DNA from: an uncultured Anaerolineaceae bacterium
GTDB lineage: Bacteria; Chloroflexota; Anaerolineae; Anaerolineales; E44-bin32
Length of the DNA stretch: 64,000 nucleotides
Direction: 5' to 3'
Assembly: GCA_964492745.1 (NCBI GenBank)
Contig: CAZBLT010000004.1
Span: 28,668-92,667 of the forward strand
Each line of letters opens with the position of its first letter. The stretch's first letter is position 1. A program made the position numbers and the translations under genes. The notes beneath the pieces were generated by a model, which saw only the letters and a program-made list of their open reading frames with translations, did no database searches and was not told where the DNA came from. Positions 9,154 through 18,263 of the stretch are shown piece after piece.

Positions 9154-11418
9154 ATGGAGACCCTGACGGCGAGGCACTTGACGTATACTCATGATGTGAT
9201 GGATATTCCACTACCCGTTGGACACTCCCGCGTGCAGGATGCGCCGCTCCAGCGGTTCTTGCCGCCCGTGGATGAGGGGGTGATCGATTGCATTCTGCGC
9301 GAATACGGACTGCCGGACGGTCCTTTCCTTGATCCATTCGGCGCCTCGCCCCGCGTGGCCTTGGAAGCTGCCCGGGCGGGAGCGGCAATCCTGGTCGTCG
9401 CTAACAATCCCATCAATCGCTTCGTTCTCGAACGGACCCTGCAGCCCTTACGCAAGGATGAGCTCAGGAGTGCGCTGGCGCATCTGGGGGCCATGCCTAA
9501 GGATGGAACCCGCATGGAGCGCTTCTTGCTGGACCTCTATGCCAGCCATTGTGCTCGCTGTGGGGAGCGGGTTTCGGTCGATTATTTCGTTTGGGACCGC
9601 GACCTGGGCGGTCCCTCTCATAAGGTCTATACATGCGACCGCTGTGCCTACGCCGGGGAGGCGGCGGCCACAGATGCTGATTGGGAGCGGGCGCTCAACT
9701 ACTCGCGCCGTGGCCTGCACCACGCGATGGCCCTCGAGCAGGTCGCCCCGGCAGGCGACCCGGACCGGCGGCACGCCGAGGCGGCGCTCTCGGTCTATCC
9801 TGGCCGGGCGCTTTATGCCTTGACTACTTTGCTGAACAAGGTGGCGCAGCTTCGCATCGAGCCAGGCCTGAGGCCGGCGATCGACGCGCTACTGCTTTCG
9901 GCCTTAGATGCCGCCAATGCCCTCTGGAGCTACCCCGAAGGGCGTGCGCGCCCCCGGCTTCTGAGCGCCTCCCCGCGATTCCGTGAACACAATGTCTGGC
10001 GGGCAATGGAGCGCGCCGTCGCCTCCTGGGCCTTGGAGGATCCGGAGGTGGAGTTGCTGGACTGGGAGGAGGATCAGCGCCTGGAGCCCGGAGGGGTGAC
10101 GCTCTATGCAGGATCTCTGCGGCGTTTGCGGGAGGCGCTGGGGGATTCACGGCTGCCGGCCATCCTGACCGTGCCTCCCCGACCCAATCAGGCCTATTGG
10201 ACTCTATCGGCCTTGTGGACCGCCTGGCTATGGGGCCGGGAGACGGCCGTCAATGTCAAGGTGGCGCTCCGCAGGCGGCGTTATGATTGGGCCTGGCATG
10301 CCGGTGCGCTGCGGACGGTCTTGCAGAATGCGAGCCCACTGGTCGAAGCTGGCGCGCCCGCGGCGGCCTATCTGCCGGAAGCGGAGCCCGGATTCGTGGC
10401 AGCGGCGCTGCTGGGGTTTGGAGGCGCGGGTTTCAAGATATGCGGCAGGGCTCTGCGGGCTCATGAGAAGCAAGGCTTCATCCTCTGGGAGTTGTCCGAG
10501 GATCAGCCTCGGACAGCCAGCGACGCGCGGATGAAGGCGGACATGCGGGAAGCTGCGATTAGCGTCTTGCACGCCCGCAATGAGCCCACACCCTATGGAA
10601 TGCTCCATGCCAGCATCTGGTTCATGCTGGCGGAACGGGGGTGGTTGGCCCCAGCATGGGAAACTCTGGGGAAAGCGACTTTGCAGACAATTGGGGAGCG
10701 CGTGGCGGATGTGGTCGGGGATGAGAAAGTCTTTGTCCGCCTGGGTGGTGGGGCCGATCCAGAAAGCGGGCTCTATTGGCTTTGCGCGCCGCCGGAGCAG
10801 GGAGAGAGCCTCTCGGATCGAGTGGAGAAACTGGTCGTGGCAACCCTACGAGAACAAGAGACGATCAGAGTCGATGCGCTGGATCGGATTGCCTGCCGAG
10901 AGCTCCTCGGTCTGCTGACACCGGACCAGCGCTTCCTAAGGGCTTGCCTATCCTCCTACGCAGAAGGCCCCGACCCTGAGGGTAAGTGGCGGCTCCGGGA
11001 CGAGGATAGGCCGGAAGCCCGGAGTCGCGATTGCGCCGAGATGCGTTCGTTGCTCACCGAGTTGGGCCATTCACTGGGATGGGAAGTCGAGGGTGAAAAC
11101 CCGCTGCTCTGGGTGGACGGTCAGGGCGAGGTCCGCTTTGGCTTTCGAATCCTTGAGACGTCTGTGTGGGGGCCTTCTCCATGGGATGCAGACTCGAGGG
11201 TGCTCTGGGTGCTGCCTGGCGGGCGGGCCGGCCTGATCGCAGAAAAGGCCCGCCGGGATCCGCGGCTACGGGATTGGCTGGAGAGCGGCGTGCGGGTGGT
11301 CAAGTTCAGGCATGTGCGCAGGCTGGCGGCCGAGAGGGGCCTCACGAGGGAGCAGCTCCCGTCGCGCCTGGCGATCGATCCGCCCGAGAGGCAGGATCCA
11401 CAGCTCCCGCTCTTATGA
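9154..11418 (+). CDS. Large conserved hypothetical protein; degenerate methyltransferase-like N-terminus with a CxxC...CxxC zinc ribbon
   Basis: LDPFGASPRVALEAARAGA resembles MTase motif I (DPFxGSG) but lacks the Gly-rich loop. CARCGERV...CDRCAY forms a 4-Cys ribbon. ILTVPPRPNQAYW lies where a (D/N)PPY motif would be. The start is uncertain: 9112 GTG, 9154 ATG or 9199 ATG. Confidence 0.6.
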   Translation: METLTARHLTYTHDVMDIPLPVGHSRVQDAPLQRFLPPVDEGVIDCILREYGLPDGPFLDPFGASPRVALEAARAGAAILVVANNPINRFVLERTLQPLRKDELRSALAHLGAMPKDGTRMERFLLDLYASHCARCGERVSVDYFVWDRDLGGPSHKVYTCDRCAYAGEAAATDADWERALNYSRRGLHHAMALEQVAPAGDPDRRHAEAALSVYPGRALYALTTLLNKVAQLRIEPGLRPAIDALLLSALDAANALWSYPEGRARPRLLSASPRFREHNVWRAMERAVASWALEDPEVELLDWEEDQRLEPGGVTLYAGSLRRLREALGDSRLPAILTVPPRPNQAYWTLSALWTAWLWGRETAVNVKVALRRRRYDWAWHAGALRTVLQNASPLVEAGAPAAAYLPEAEPGFVAAALLGFGGAGFKICGRALRAHEKQGFILWELSEDQPRTASDARMKADMREAAISVLHARNEPTPYGMLHASIWFMLAERGWLAPAWETLGKATLQTIGERVADVVGDEKVFVRLGGGADPESGLYWLCAPPEQGESLSDRVEKLVVATLREQETIRVDALDRIACRELLGLLTPDQRFLRACLSSYAEGPDPEGKWRLRDEDRPEARSRDCAEMRSLLTELGHSLGWEVEGENPLLWVDGQGEVRFGFRILETSVWGPSPWDADSRVLWVLPGGRAGLIAEKARRDPRLRDWLESGVRVVKFRHVRRLAAERGLTREQLPSRLAIDPPERQDPQLPLL

Positions 11419-11457
11419 GGAAGGAGGCGGCCGCTGGGGGCCAATATTGAGTCGGAT

Positions 11458-12072
11458 TTGCTGTGGGCGCTGGGAATCGGGGCCTTGGCCTACCTGCTGG
11501 GCTCGGTGCCCTTTGCGGTGCTGGTCACGCGCTGGAGGGCCGGCGTGGATGTGCGCCAGGTCGGGTCCGGGCATGCCGGCGCGACAAACACCATGCGGGC
11601 CGCCGGCTGGGGGGCCGGGATTCTGGTGCTGCTGCTAGATGCTGCCAAGGGTGCACTGGCGGTGGCGATCCCGAGGCACGTGGGAGCGCCCGGCTGGGTC
11701 ATGGCATTCGCCGCAGCCGGGGTGGTCATCGGGCATTGCTGGCCGGTGTTTGCGGGCCTGCGTGGGGGCATGGGGATGGCGAGCGGAGCGGCAGCGCTGT
11801 TGGTGATTTGGCCCTTTGGGCTCGTCCTCGCGCTGGGCCTGGGCGCGGGGCTGCAGTTGCTGCTGCGGCATTCGGCGCGCGCCAATGCGCTGACCGGGCT
11901 GCTGGTGGCGCCATTGTGGCTGCTCGCGGGCGCAGGATGGGAAGCGGCCCTGGCGGCCGCGTTGGTGGGGGTGATCATTGCCGTGCGGGCCTTCAGCGAT
12001 TGGCGTCGCGTCTATCGGGAACTCTGGTGGGACCGTGAGGACGCTGCGCCCAGACCTCCAGAAACGGATTAG
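11458..12072 (+). CDS. plsY: Glycerol-3-phosphate acyltransferase PlsY
   Basis: LLGSVPFAVLVTR...DVRQVGSGHAGATNTMR is the PlsY signature. The 204-aa protein is polytopic and has a TTG start. Confidence 0.85.
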   Translation: MLWALGIGALAYLLGSVPFAVLVTRWRAGVDVRQVGSGHAGATNTMRAAGWGAGILVLLLDAAKGALAVAIPRHVGAPGWVMAFAAAGVVIGHCWPVFAGLRGGMGMASGAAALLVIWPFGLVLALGLGAGLQLLLRHSARANALTGLLVAPLWLLAGAGWEAALAAALVGVIIAVRAFSDWRRVYRELWWDREDAAPRPPETD

Positions 12073-12088
12073 GTGAGCTTGATCGGGC

Positions 12089-15000
12089 CTACTCGGTGGG
12101 CGAGGGGCTAGGCGTCGTGGAGGGGATCGGCGTCAGCGTGACCGTGGGCGTTGGCGTCGCCGTGGGCGTGAGAGTCTGAGTCGGCGTTGCGGTTGGCGTG
12201 GGCGTGGGCGTGGGAAGCAGGATATTCAGGTGCAGGTCGACCGAGGCCTTGCCGCCACGCTCGCTGCGCACGGTAAGCCGCAAGGTCACCTGGCCATTCG
12301 GAACTTCCTGCAGGTCCCAATCGAGGAGCTTGCCCGGCTGACGGAGGGGATCCCGGCCGCTGGCGATATCAGGCCAATGCCGGGGCTGCGATCCGGTCCC
12401 TAATTCTAGAATCCAATCTTTGAATTCAGAGGTGGCCGCCGCGCGGGCGAAGATCGCCACTGGACTGGTGGTGATCGTCGCGCCCTCTGGCGGGCTTGTG
12501 AAGGCCAAAATGGGGCGGGGGCTATCGGCGTTGCAGGTGGCCTTGGGGATGAAGAAGAGCGGATCTTCATCGAATCCCATCTCCTCCGCCCAGGCCTTGC
12601 CGGCAGGGTCCTCCCGGAGCCATCTTCGGGCCCAGGGGTCATCAACATTGAGGCCCAGTTTCTCCACCGCATACTCTGAGCATTCCGTGGACGCCAACTC
12701 CAGGGCGAAGCTATCCACCCAGACCTTCTTCCACAGGTCTTGCTCCTTGGGGAGAGGTGGCTGATCGCTGGCGAAGATCTCGGTCTTCTGCCGGGGGCAC
12801 CATTCGGATGGCTCCGTGCCGGAGATGGCACAGATAATGCGGTCGACGACGCCCGCCGGGCGCACCGTGGGGCTGGGAATGCCCCCGGTGAGCCGATCCT
12901 GCGCGAATTGCATGAACTGATTCCAGATGGGCGCAGCGCCAGTCAGGCCCGAGGTGTTGACCATGGGCGTGTAATCCGCGTTGCCCACCCAGACGCCCAC
13001 GGCGACGTCGGGCGTATAGCCCAGGGTCCAGTTATCGCGGAAGTCGTTGGTGGTCCCAGTCTTGGCAGCGGCCTTGAAGGGCAGCCGCAGCGCCGAATTG
13101 GGCCCGAAAGCCGGGGTGCGGGCCTCGTTATCGCTGAGGATGTCGGTGATGAGGTAGGCGTGTTCGGGCCGGATGACTTGCTCGCCCTGGGCCTCATGCT
13201 CGTAGACAATTGCGCCCTCGCGATCCTCGATGCGCAGGATGCCTGTGGGGGCAACCCGAAGACCGTTATTCGCCAGGGTTGCATAGACGGAGGTCAATTC
13301 CAGGAGGGTCACGTCTCCGCCGCCGAGGGTGAGAGAGAGCCCGTAGTCCTGGCGGTCCAGGGTGGTGATGCCCACGCGGCGGGCAAAGGGGATCAGGCCC
13401 TCCTCGGCGGGCGTCAGCGGGTCATCGTAAATGCCCACATAGGCCAGGGCTTTCACGGCGGGCACGTTGTAAGAATTGGCCAGCGCCGACCGCACCGTCA
13501 CGGGACCGTGGAAACGGTTATCGTAATTGACGGGCTTATAGGGCGGCCGGAGGTCACTGGGATCCCCCGAGGGCGGGAATTCGGAGGGCACATCCCAGAT
13601 CAAGGTGGCAGGCGTCCAGCCCTTCTCGAACGCGGCGGTGTAGGTGAGGGGCTTGATGGAGGAGCCAGGCTGCCGGGGCCGGATGGCCATGTTTACCTGG
13701 CCATCGATGGCTTCGTTGTAGAAATCCGCCGAGCCCACCATGGCGAGAATCTCGCCTGTAGAGGGCCGGATGGCGACCAGCGCGCCGTTTGTGGCTCTCT
13801 TCTCGGCCAGCGCATCCACCTGCTGGCGCACGATTTCCTGGGCCTGCTGCTGCAGGACGGGGTCCAGACTTGTGTGGACGGTGAAACCGGAGCGATAGAT
13901 CGTCTGGGGGTCGAACAGGCTTTCGAGCTCGGCGCGAATGAAGTGGACCCAGTGCGGGAAGCGGATCTGGATATCCGGAGTCTGGAATTCATAGGCGGCG
14001 ATTTCCGCTGCGGCCATGCCAGCTTCTTCAGCCGAAATGCAAATCGGCTGTTGGGCGTTGCTGACGTAGATGCAGCCCTGCTCCCGGCTGGTCTCAACCA
14101 TCAAGGTCAGCACCTGCCGGTGACGGGCGAGCGTGGCCTGGCGGTTGGTGTAGATGTCGTAGACCGAGGGTGCCTGGACGAGCCCGGCCAGGAAGGAAGC
14201 CTGGGCGAGGGTCAGCTTATCGGCGGTGGTGTTGAAGTAGGTCTCCGCGGCGGCCTCCACGCCGTAGGCGAGATTGCCGAAGTAGCTCTGGTTCAGGTAG
14301 AGCTCGAGGATCTCGTCCTTCGAGTAGCGACGTGTGATCTCCGCCGCCAGAAGGACCTCGCGGGTCTTGCGCCGCGCCGTACGGCGAGCGCGCTCCTCGG
14401 GCGAGAAGAGCAGATTGCGGGCGATCTGCTGGGTGATGGTGGAGGCTCCAGAGACGACATCCCCCTGGGTGTAGTTCTGCCACACGGCGCGCAGGATGGC
14501 CAGCAAGTCAAACCCCGGGTGACTGTAAAACTGGGAGTCCTCGGTGGCCAGGATGGCGGCCACCATGTACGGCGAGATGCGATCCAGCGGAACGTAGGTT
14601 CTGCGGCCGGCGTTGGGGTCGAGAATCTCGTAGAGCAAGTTCCCCTGCCGGTCCAGGATGCGTGTGGTTTCAAACTGGGCGGCATGCTGCTGGAGGTCTT
14701 CCACGGGAGGAAGCGTGGCCGCCAGCGCGTAATACTGGTAGATGCCAAATGTGATAACGCCGATCAGCAGTGCGGCGGACAGAAACAAGCCCAGGATCCC
14801 CATACGGAGCAGGCAGCCCCCGCAGCCGCTCCAGGTCGAAGGGCGCAGGATTTGCATGCCTTCCAGGGACCTGGGGATATGGAAGGCTGCAGGCACCACC
14901 CGGGTGCCGTCCAGGTCGTTCTCCGGGACGGGCCGGGGCAACTCCCGATCCACGGGCGGCTCGGAAGGGGGCGCGGGCTGGGGTTGAGAGTGATCGGTCT

Positions 15001-15223
15001 TAGACGGTCGTTTCGCGGATGTTTGTAGAGGCTCAGGATGTTCTTGGGTGCCGGAATCCAGCGGGAGGGTATGATCCTCAGCCCTGAGAAGGCGCCGGAG
15101 CCGCTCCTTGGGGTCCAGCGCGGGCTCCCCCGGGCCGCGGGTGCCTTCCGGACGCTCCCCGCTCTCCGGCTGTTCGGGATCGAAAGCCCCGCCCAGGGGT
15201 CGATCGTCGGCCGATTGGCTCAT
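12089..15223 (-). CDS. Class A penicillin-binding protein (GT51 transglycosylase + transpeptidase), with long N- and C-terminal extensions
   Basis: GT51 motifs are EDSQFYSHPGFD, GASTITQQ and RKTRE. Transpeptidase motifs are SSIKP, SYN and KTGTTN. The protein is 1044 aa. Confidence 0.9.
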   Translation of the reverse strand: MSQSADDRPLGGAFDPEQPESGERPEGTRGPGEPALDPKERLRRLLRAEDHTLPLDSGTQEHPEPLQTSAKRPSKTDHSQPQPAPPSEPPVDRELPRPVPENDLDGTRVVPAAFHIPRSLEGMQILRPSTWSGCGGCLLRMGILGLFLSAALLIGVITFGIYQYYALAATLPPVEDLQQHAAQFETTRILDRQGNLLYEILDPNAGRRTYVPLDRISPYMVAAILATEDSQFYSHPGFDLLAILRAVWQNYTQGDVVSGASTITQQIARNLLFSPEERARRTARRKTREVLLAAEITRRYSKDEILELYLNQSYFGNLAYGVEAAAETYFNTTADKLTLAQASFLAGLVQAPSVYDIYTNRQATLARHRQVLTLMVETSREQGCIYVSNAQQPICISAEEAGMAAAEIAAYEFQTPDIQIRFPHWVHFIRAELESLFDPQTIYRSGFTVHTSLDPVLQQQAQEIVRQQVDALAEKRATNGALVAIRPSTGEILAMVGSADFYNEAIDGQVNMAIRPRQPGSSIKPLTYTAAFEKGWTPATLIWDVPSEFPPSGDPSDLRPPYKPVNYDNRFHGPVTVRSALANSYNVPAVKALAYVGIYDDPLTPAEEGLIPFARRVGITTLDRQDYGLSLTLGGGDVTLLELTSVYATLANNGLRVAPTGILRIEDREGAIVYEHEAQGEQVIRPEHAYLITDILSDNEARTPAFGPNSALRLPFKAAAKTGTTNDFRDNWTLGYTPDVAVGVWVGNADYTPMVNTSGLTGAAPIWNQFMQFAQDRLTGGIPSPTVRPAGVVDRIICAISGTEPSEWCPRQKTEIFASDQPPLPKEQDLWKKVWVDSFALELASTECSEYAVEKLGLNVDDPWARRWLREDPAGKAWAEEMGFDEDPLFFIPKATCNADSPRPILAFTSPPEGATITTSPVAIFARAAATSEFKDWILELGTGSQPRHWPDIASGRDPLRQPGKLLDWDLQEVPNGQVTLRLTVRSERGGKASVDLHLNILLPTPTPTPTATPTQTLTPTATPTPTVTLTPIPSTTPSPSPTE

Positions 15224-15247
15224 GGTTCGGCATTATAGCATGCAGGA

Positions 15248-15706
15248 TCACGGCCGGCTTTGTACCAGGACGCTCCAGCGGCCCTTCATGACCGTCTCAT
15301 CGTCTTGATTGCGTACATCCACAGCCAGCAATAGAGATCCGCCACCCAGGCGGGGGAGGGCCTTTGTTTCCTCCACTTCGATGATGACGTGAATCGTATC
15401 GCCCAGGAAAACAGGCCGGCTGAATTTCCAGGAAAGGATTTCCCGGAATGCCAGGATGGTGCCCTCCATGATCCCGGTCCGGACCGCCAGTCCGGAGGCG
15501 AGGGCCAGGCCCAGCAGGCCATGGGCTACGCGCGCGCCGAAGGGGGTCGTTGCGGCATATTCCGCATCGGTGTGGATGGTGTTGAAATCGCCTGAGAGGC
15601 CTGCAAACAAGACCACATCAGCCTCGGTCACCGTTCGGCCGGGGCTGCGGATGGTTTGCCCGACCTCGAACTCCTCAAAGTACATGCCACGATATCGCTG
15701 TTCCAT
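15248..15706 (-). CDS. MaoC-like (R)-specific enoyl-CoA hydratase / hot-dog fold dehydratase
   Basis: MEQRYRGMYFEEFEVGQT...FAGLSGDFNTIHTD...VAHGLL fits the family. The start is trimmed to the ATG at 15706, preceded by GAGGAGAG. Confidence 0.8.
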   Translation of the reverse strand: MEQRYRGMYFEEFEVGQTIRSPGRTVTEADVVLFAGLSGDFNTIHTDAEYAATTPFGARVAHGLLGLALASGLAVRTGIMEGTILAFREILSWKFSRPVFLGDTIHVIIEVEETKALPRLGGGSLLLAVDVRNQDDETVMKGRWSVLVQSRP

Positions 15707-15789
15707 GATTTCTCTCCTCGGACGGCGCCGCCATTCTAGCACGCTGGACCGCTGGGGACCCCAAGACGGTTGTGCTGTACAATCACGGC

Positions 15790-18168
15790 ATGCGACGCTG
15801 GAATCTCTCGTTAGATGAACCCCTATCGCTGCGAATCGCCGCGGATGCCCGCTGGACGCAAATCGAGCCGGGATACGATCAAATCTGGGAGTTGGCACCC
15901 GGCGAGGAGCAGCCACGGGCCATGTCGCTGCGCACGACCTATGGCCAGCGTGTGTCCCTCATGCACATTTTCCCTGGCTTTCGGTTGGGAGATCAACTCG
16001 TTCTGGATCCAGAAAGGTTTTTCCGGCTCCCGCGAATTCATACCTTGCTGCCCGACTACATCGAGTGGAGCGCGGAGCCCTTCGAGGGCCTCTGGGTTGT
16101 GAGTGAGGCCTGGGCCTCCGCGGCGCAGGTTCTCGAGGGCGCGTACAGTGTTCTGAACACCACGGACGAGCCACTCGATACCGGCTTGCGGCTTCATGCC
16201 GTCCTCCAGCCCGTGGGCGGTCAAGCCGCGATGGGGGAAAGAGAGATGGATGGCGTTACGGTGCTGGTGGGGCGGGCTAGCGATCTGGAGCCTGTGCTTT
16301 TCCTGAGTGGAGGAGGCGTGCTGGCTGCAACGCCCTATCCAGCGCTGTCTGTGCAGGCTCGCCTTCAGCCGGGCCTTTCGCGCAGGTGGCGCTGGGTGCA
16401 TTGCGGTGGGCGTGAAGCAGCCCAATGCTTTGCGGTTTGCCGTGAGCGCGTGCAGGTGGCATGGGAGCCACAAATCGCCCGCCTGAAGTTGAGGAATAGC
16501 ACCCTGATCGATATTCGTACCGGGGATGATCGGCGGGACGTGGCGCTCTGGCTTGCCCAGCGCGATACGCTGCAGTGCCTGGCAAGCCCCGCGCGGCATG
16601 CCCGCAAGCTCTGGGCCAGGCCTCACCGCACCATCAGGGATGGCCACGCCGAACATCGACGCCCCAGGCCGTTTGATTCGCCAGTCGAAGCCCGCGCACA
16701 GGTCTACGCCGCTTTGCAATTCCTTCCAGGCCAACCTGAGCTCGCCCAGGGAATCCTTGAGAACCTACTCGCAAATCAGGGCGCATCAGCCGGCCGCGAC
16801 TCACAGGCAAGCGGGTTGGAGACCGGGCCAATCGGCCCGCCCTATCTCTGCTACCTGGCACGAGTCCTCTACGAGCGCACCGAAGATGAACACTTCCTGC
16901 AGCTGCTTTTCCCCAAGCTCCGGGATTGTCTCGAGTCCTGGTTCGGCCCGCGACGAGATCGAGATGGCGATGGGATTCCTGAGTGGGATCATGTTCTTCA
17001 GGCTGGCTTTGAAGATTGGCCGACCTTCTCCCCCTTCTTTGCATGGACGCAGGGCTACGAGATATCCAAGGCCGAGACCATCGATCTGGCCGCTGCGCTC
17101 TACCGTGAGTGCAAGGACCTCTTGGCGTTGGCCGAGGTGGTTGGGGAATCGAAGGCATGCAAGCAGTTCGAAGCCCGGGCCGAGAGGCTGAAGGAGATGG
17201 TAGAGGCTTCTTGGTCTCCTCGGAAGGCCTCTTTTCAGCATCGGGATCGTGATCTGCATAGCACTCCAAAAGGTGGCCTGCTTGCGCGGGGCCGGGGATC
17301 CTTCCGCAAAGAAGTGGGGCGGGAATTCGAAGTGCCCGTGCGCGCCCTGCTTCGGATCCTGGGTCCGGATGGTGCGATCCCAAAATTCCGGATCCGGGTG
17401 GGTTCGAGGGGCTTGAAGGGCCGCGCCCGGGTCGAACGCTACACCGAGCGACACTTTCGATGGTTCTGGGGCGTCGGCAGCCTGACCAGCGAGAAGCCCA
17501 GCAAAGCGATCGAATACATCGAGGTGGATGGGTTGCCTGCTGGATTCCGGGTCGAATTACATGCCGGAGATCTGGCACGCGAGGATGTCACAACCTTGCT
17601 TCCGCTGTGGGCCGGCATGATGGATAGCCATAGGGCGGAGACACTCGTCCAGAGGACCCTGCTGGATGAGAAACGCTTTTGGCGGCGCAGCGGCATTCCC
17701 AGTTGCTCGGCTCGAGATAGGGCCTACGCGCCGGACGGCGAAGGGGGAAGCGGGCCTGTGGATATGTTCTGGAATGCACTGCTGGGGGAGGGCCTGCTCG
17801 CCTGCGAGGCGCGCGGGGAGGCGGCTGAGCTCGCGGATCGGCTGATTCAGGCTGGGATGGGTGCCCTGCAAGAAGAGGGCGGTTTCTGCGCCCGTTACCA
17901 TGCGGACGAACCCCTGGGAGTGGGGGAGGTTGGGTCTCTCACCGGCTCGCCGCCCCTGAAGCTCTTCCTGGATGTCCTGGGCGTGGAGCTGATGAGTCCC
18001 CGAAAAGTGCGCCTGCTGCCCGGCAACCCTTTTCCCTATCCGGTTCGACTGATATGGCGCGGACTCGAGGTACGCAGCGAGGCGGACCTTGTTTGGATTC
18101 GATTCCCCGACGGGGAGGAAGTCGAGATTTCTAAGAGGGGCAGGCATATCGTGGAGCAGATTGGATAA
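15790..18168 (+). CDS. Hypothetical protein, probable (alpha/alpha)6-barrel glycoside hydrolase-like (GH63/glycogen-debranching-like)
   Basis: About 790 aa. The DRDGDGIPEWDH and WPTFSPFFAWTQGYE segments resemble GH63/GH15-clan catalytic-domain loops. The family assignment is tentative. Confidence 0.6.
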   Translation: MRRWNLSLDEPLSLRIAADARWTQIEPGYDQIWELAPGEEQPRAMSLRTTYGQRVSLMHIFPGFRLGDQLVLDPERFFRLPRIHTLLPDYIEWSAEPFEGLWVVSEAWASAAQVLEGAYSVLNTTDEPLDTGLRLHAVLQPVGGQAAMGEREMDGVTVLVGRASDLEPVLFLSGGGVLAATPYPALSVQARLQPGLSRRWRWVHCGGREAAQCFAVCRERVQVAWEPQIARLKLRNSTLIDIRTGDDRRDVALWLAQRDTLQCLASPARHARKLWARPHRTIRDGHAEHRRPRPFDSPVEARAQVYAALQFLPGQPELAQGILENLLANQGASAGRDSQASGLETGPIGPPYLCYLARVLYERTEDEHFLQLLFPKLRDCLESWFGPRRDRDGDGIPEWDHVLQAGFEDWPTFSPFFAWTQGYEISKAETIDLAAALYRECKDLLALAEVVGESKACKQFEARAERLKEMVEASWSPRKASFQHRDRDLHSTPKGGLLARGRGSFRKEVGREFEVPVRALLRILGPDGAIPKFRIRVGSRGLKGRARVERYTERHFRWFWGVGSLTSEKPSKAIEYIEVDGLPAGFRVELHAGDLAREDVTTLLPLWAGMMDSHRAETLVQRTLLDEKRFWRRSGIPSCSARDRAYAPDGEGGSGPVDMFWNALLGEGLLACEARGEAAELADRLIQAGMGALQEEGGFCARYHADEPLGVGEVGSLTGSPPLKLFLDVLGVELMSPRKVRLLPGNPFPYPVRLIWRGLEVRSEADLVWIRFPDGEEVEISKRGRHIVEQIG

Positions 18169-18263
18169 TTCCATCCTGCTATAATCTGATTCACTCATCC
18201 ATGGGTCCGTCTCCCTTGGGGCCGCGAAGCCCTGAACCTGCCTATAAATGAGCGTCGACAACC

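Noticed and set aside
12740-15028. 762-aa ORF on the + strand
   Set aside because: It lies entirely antisense to the class A PBP gene, whose motifs are unambiguous. The product is Gly/Arg/Asp/Val-rich and low in complexity, as expected from high-GC antisense frames. There is no RBS.
15778-15792. Second leaderless-mRNA candidate (TACAAT 7 nt upstream of the ATG at 15790)
   Set aside because: Only the -10 hexamer is convincing. No acceptable -35 or correctly spaced extended -10 TG is present, and a GTG start at 15772 is also possible. This is not supportable from sequence alone.
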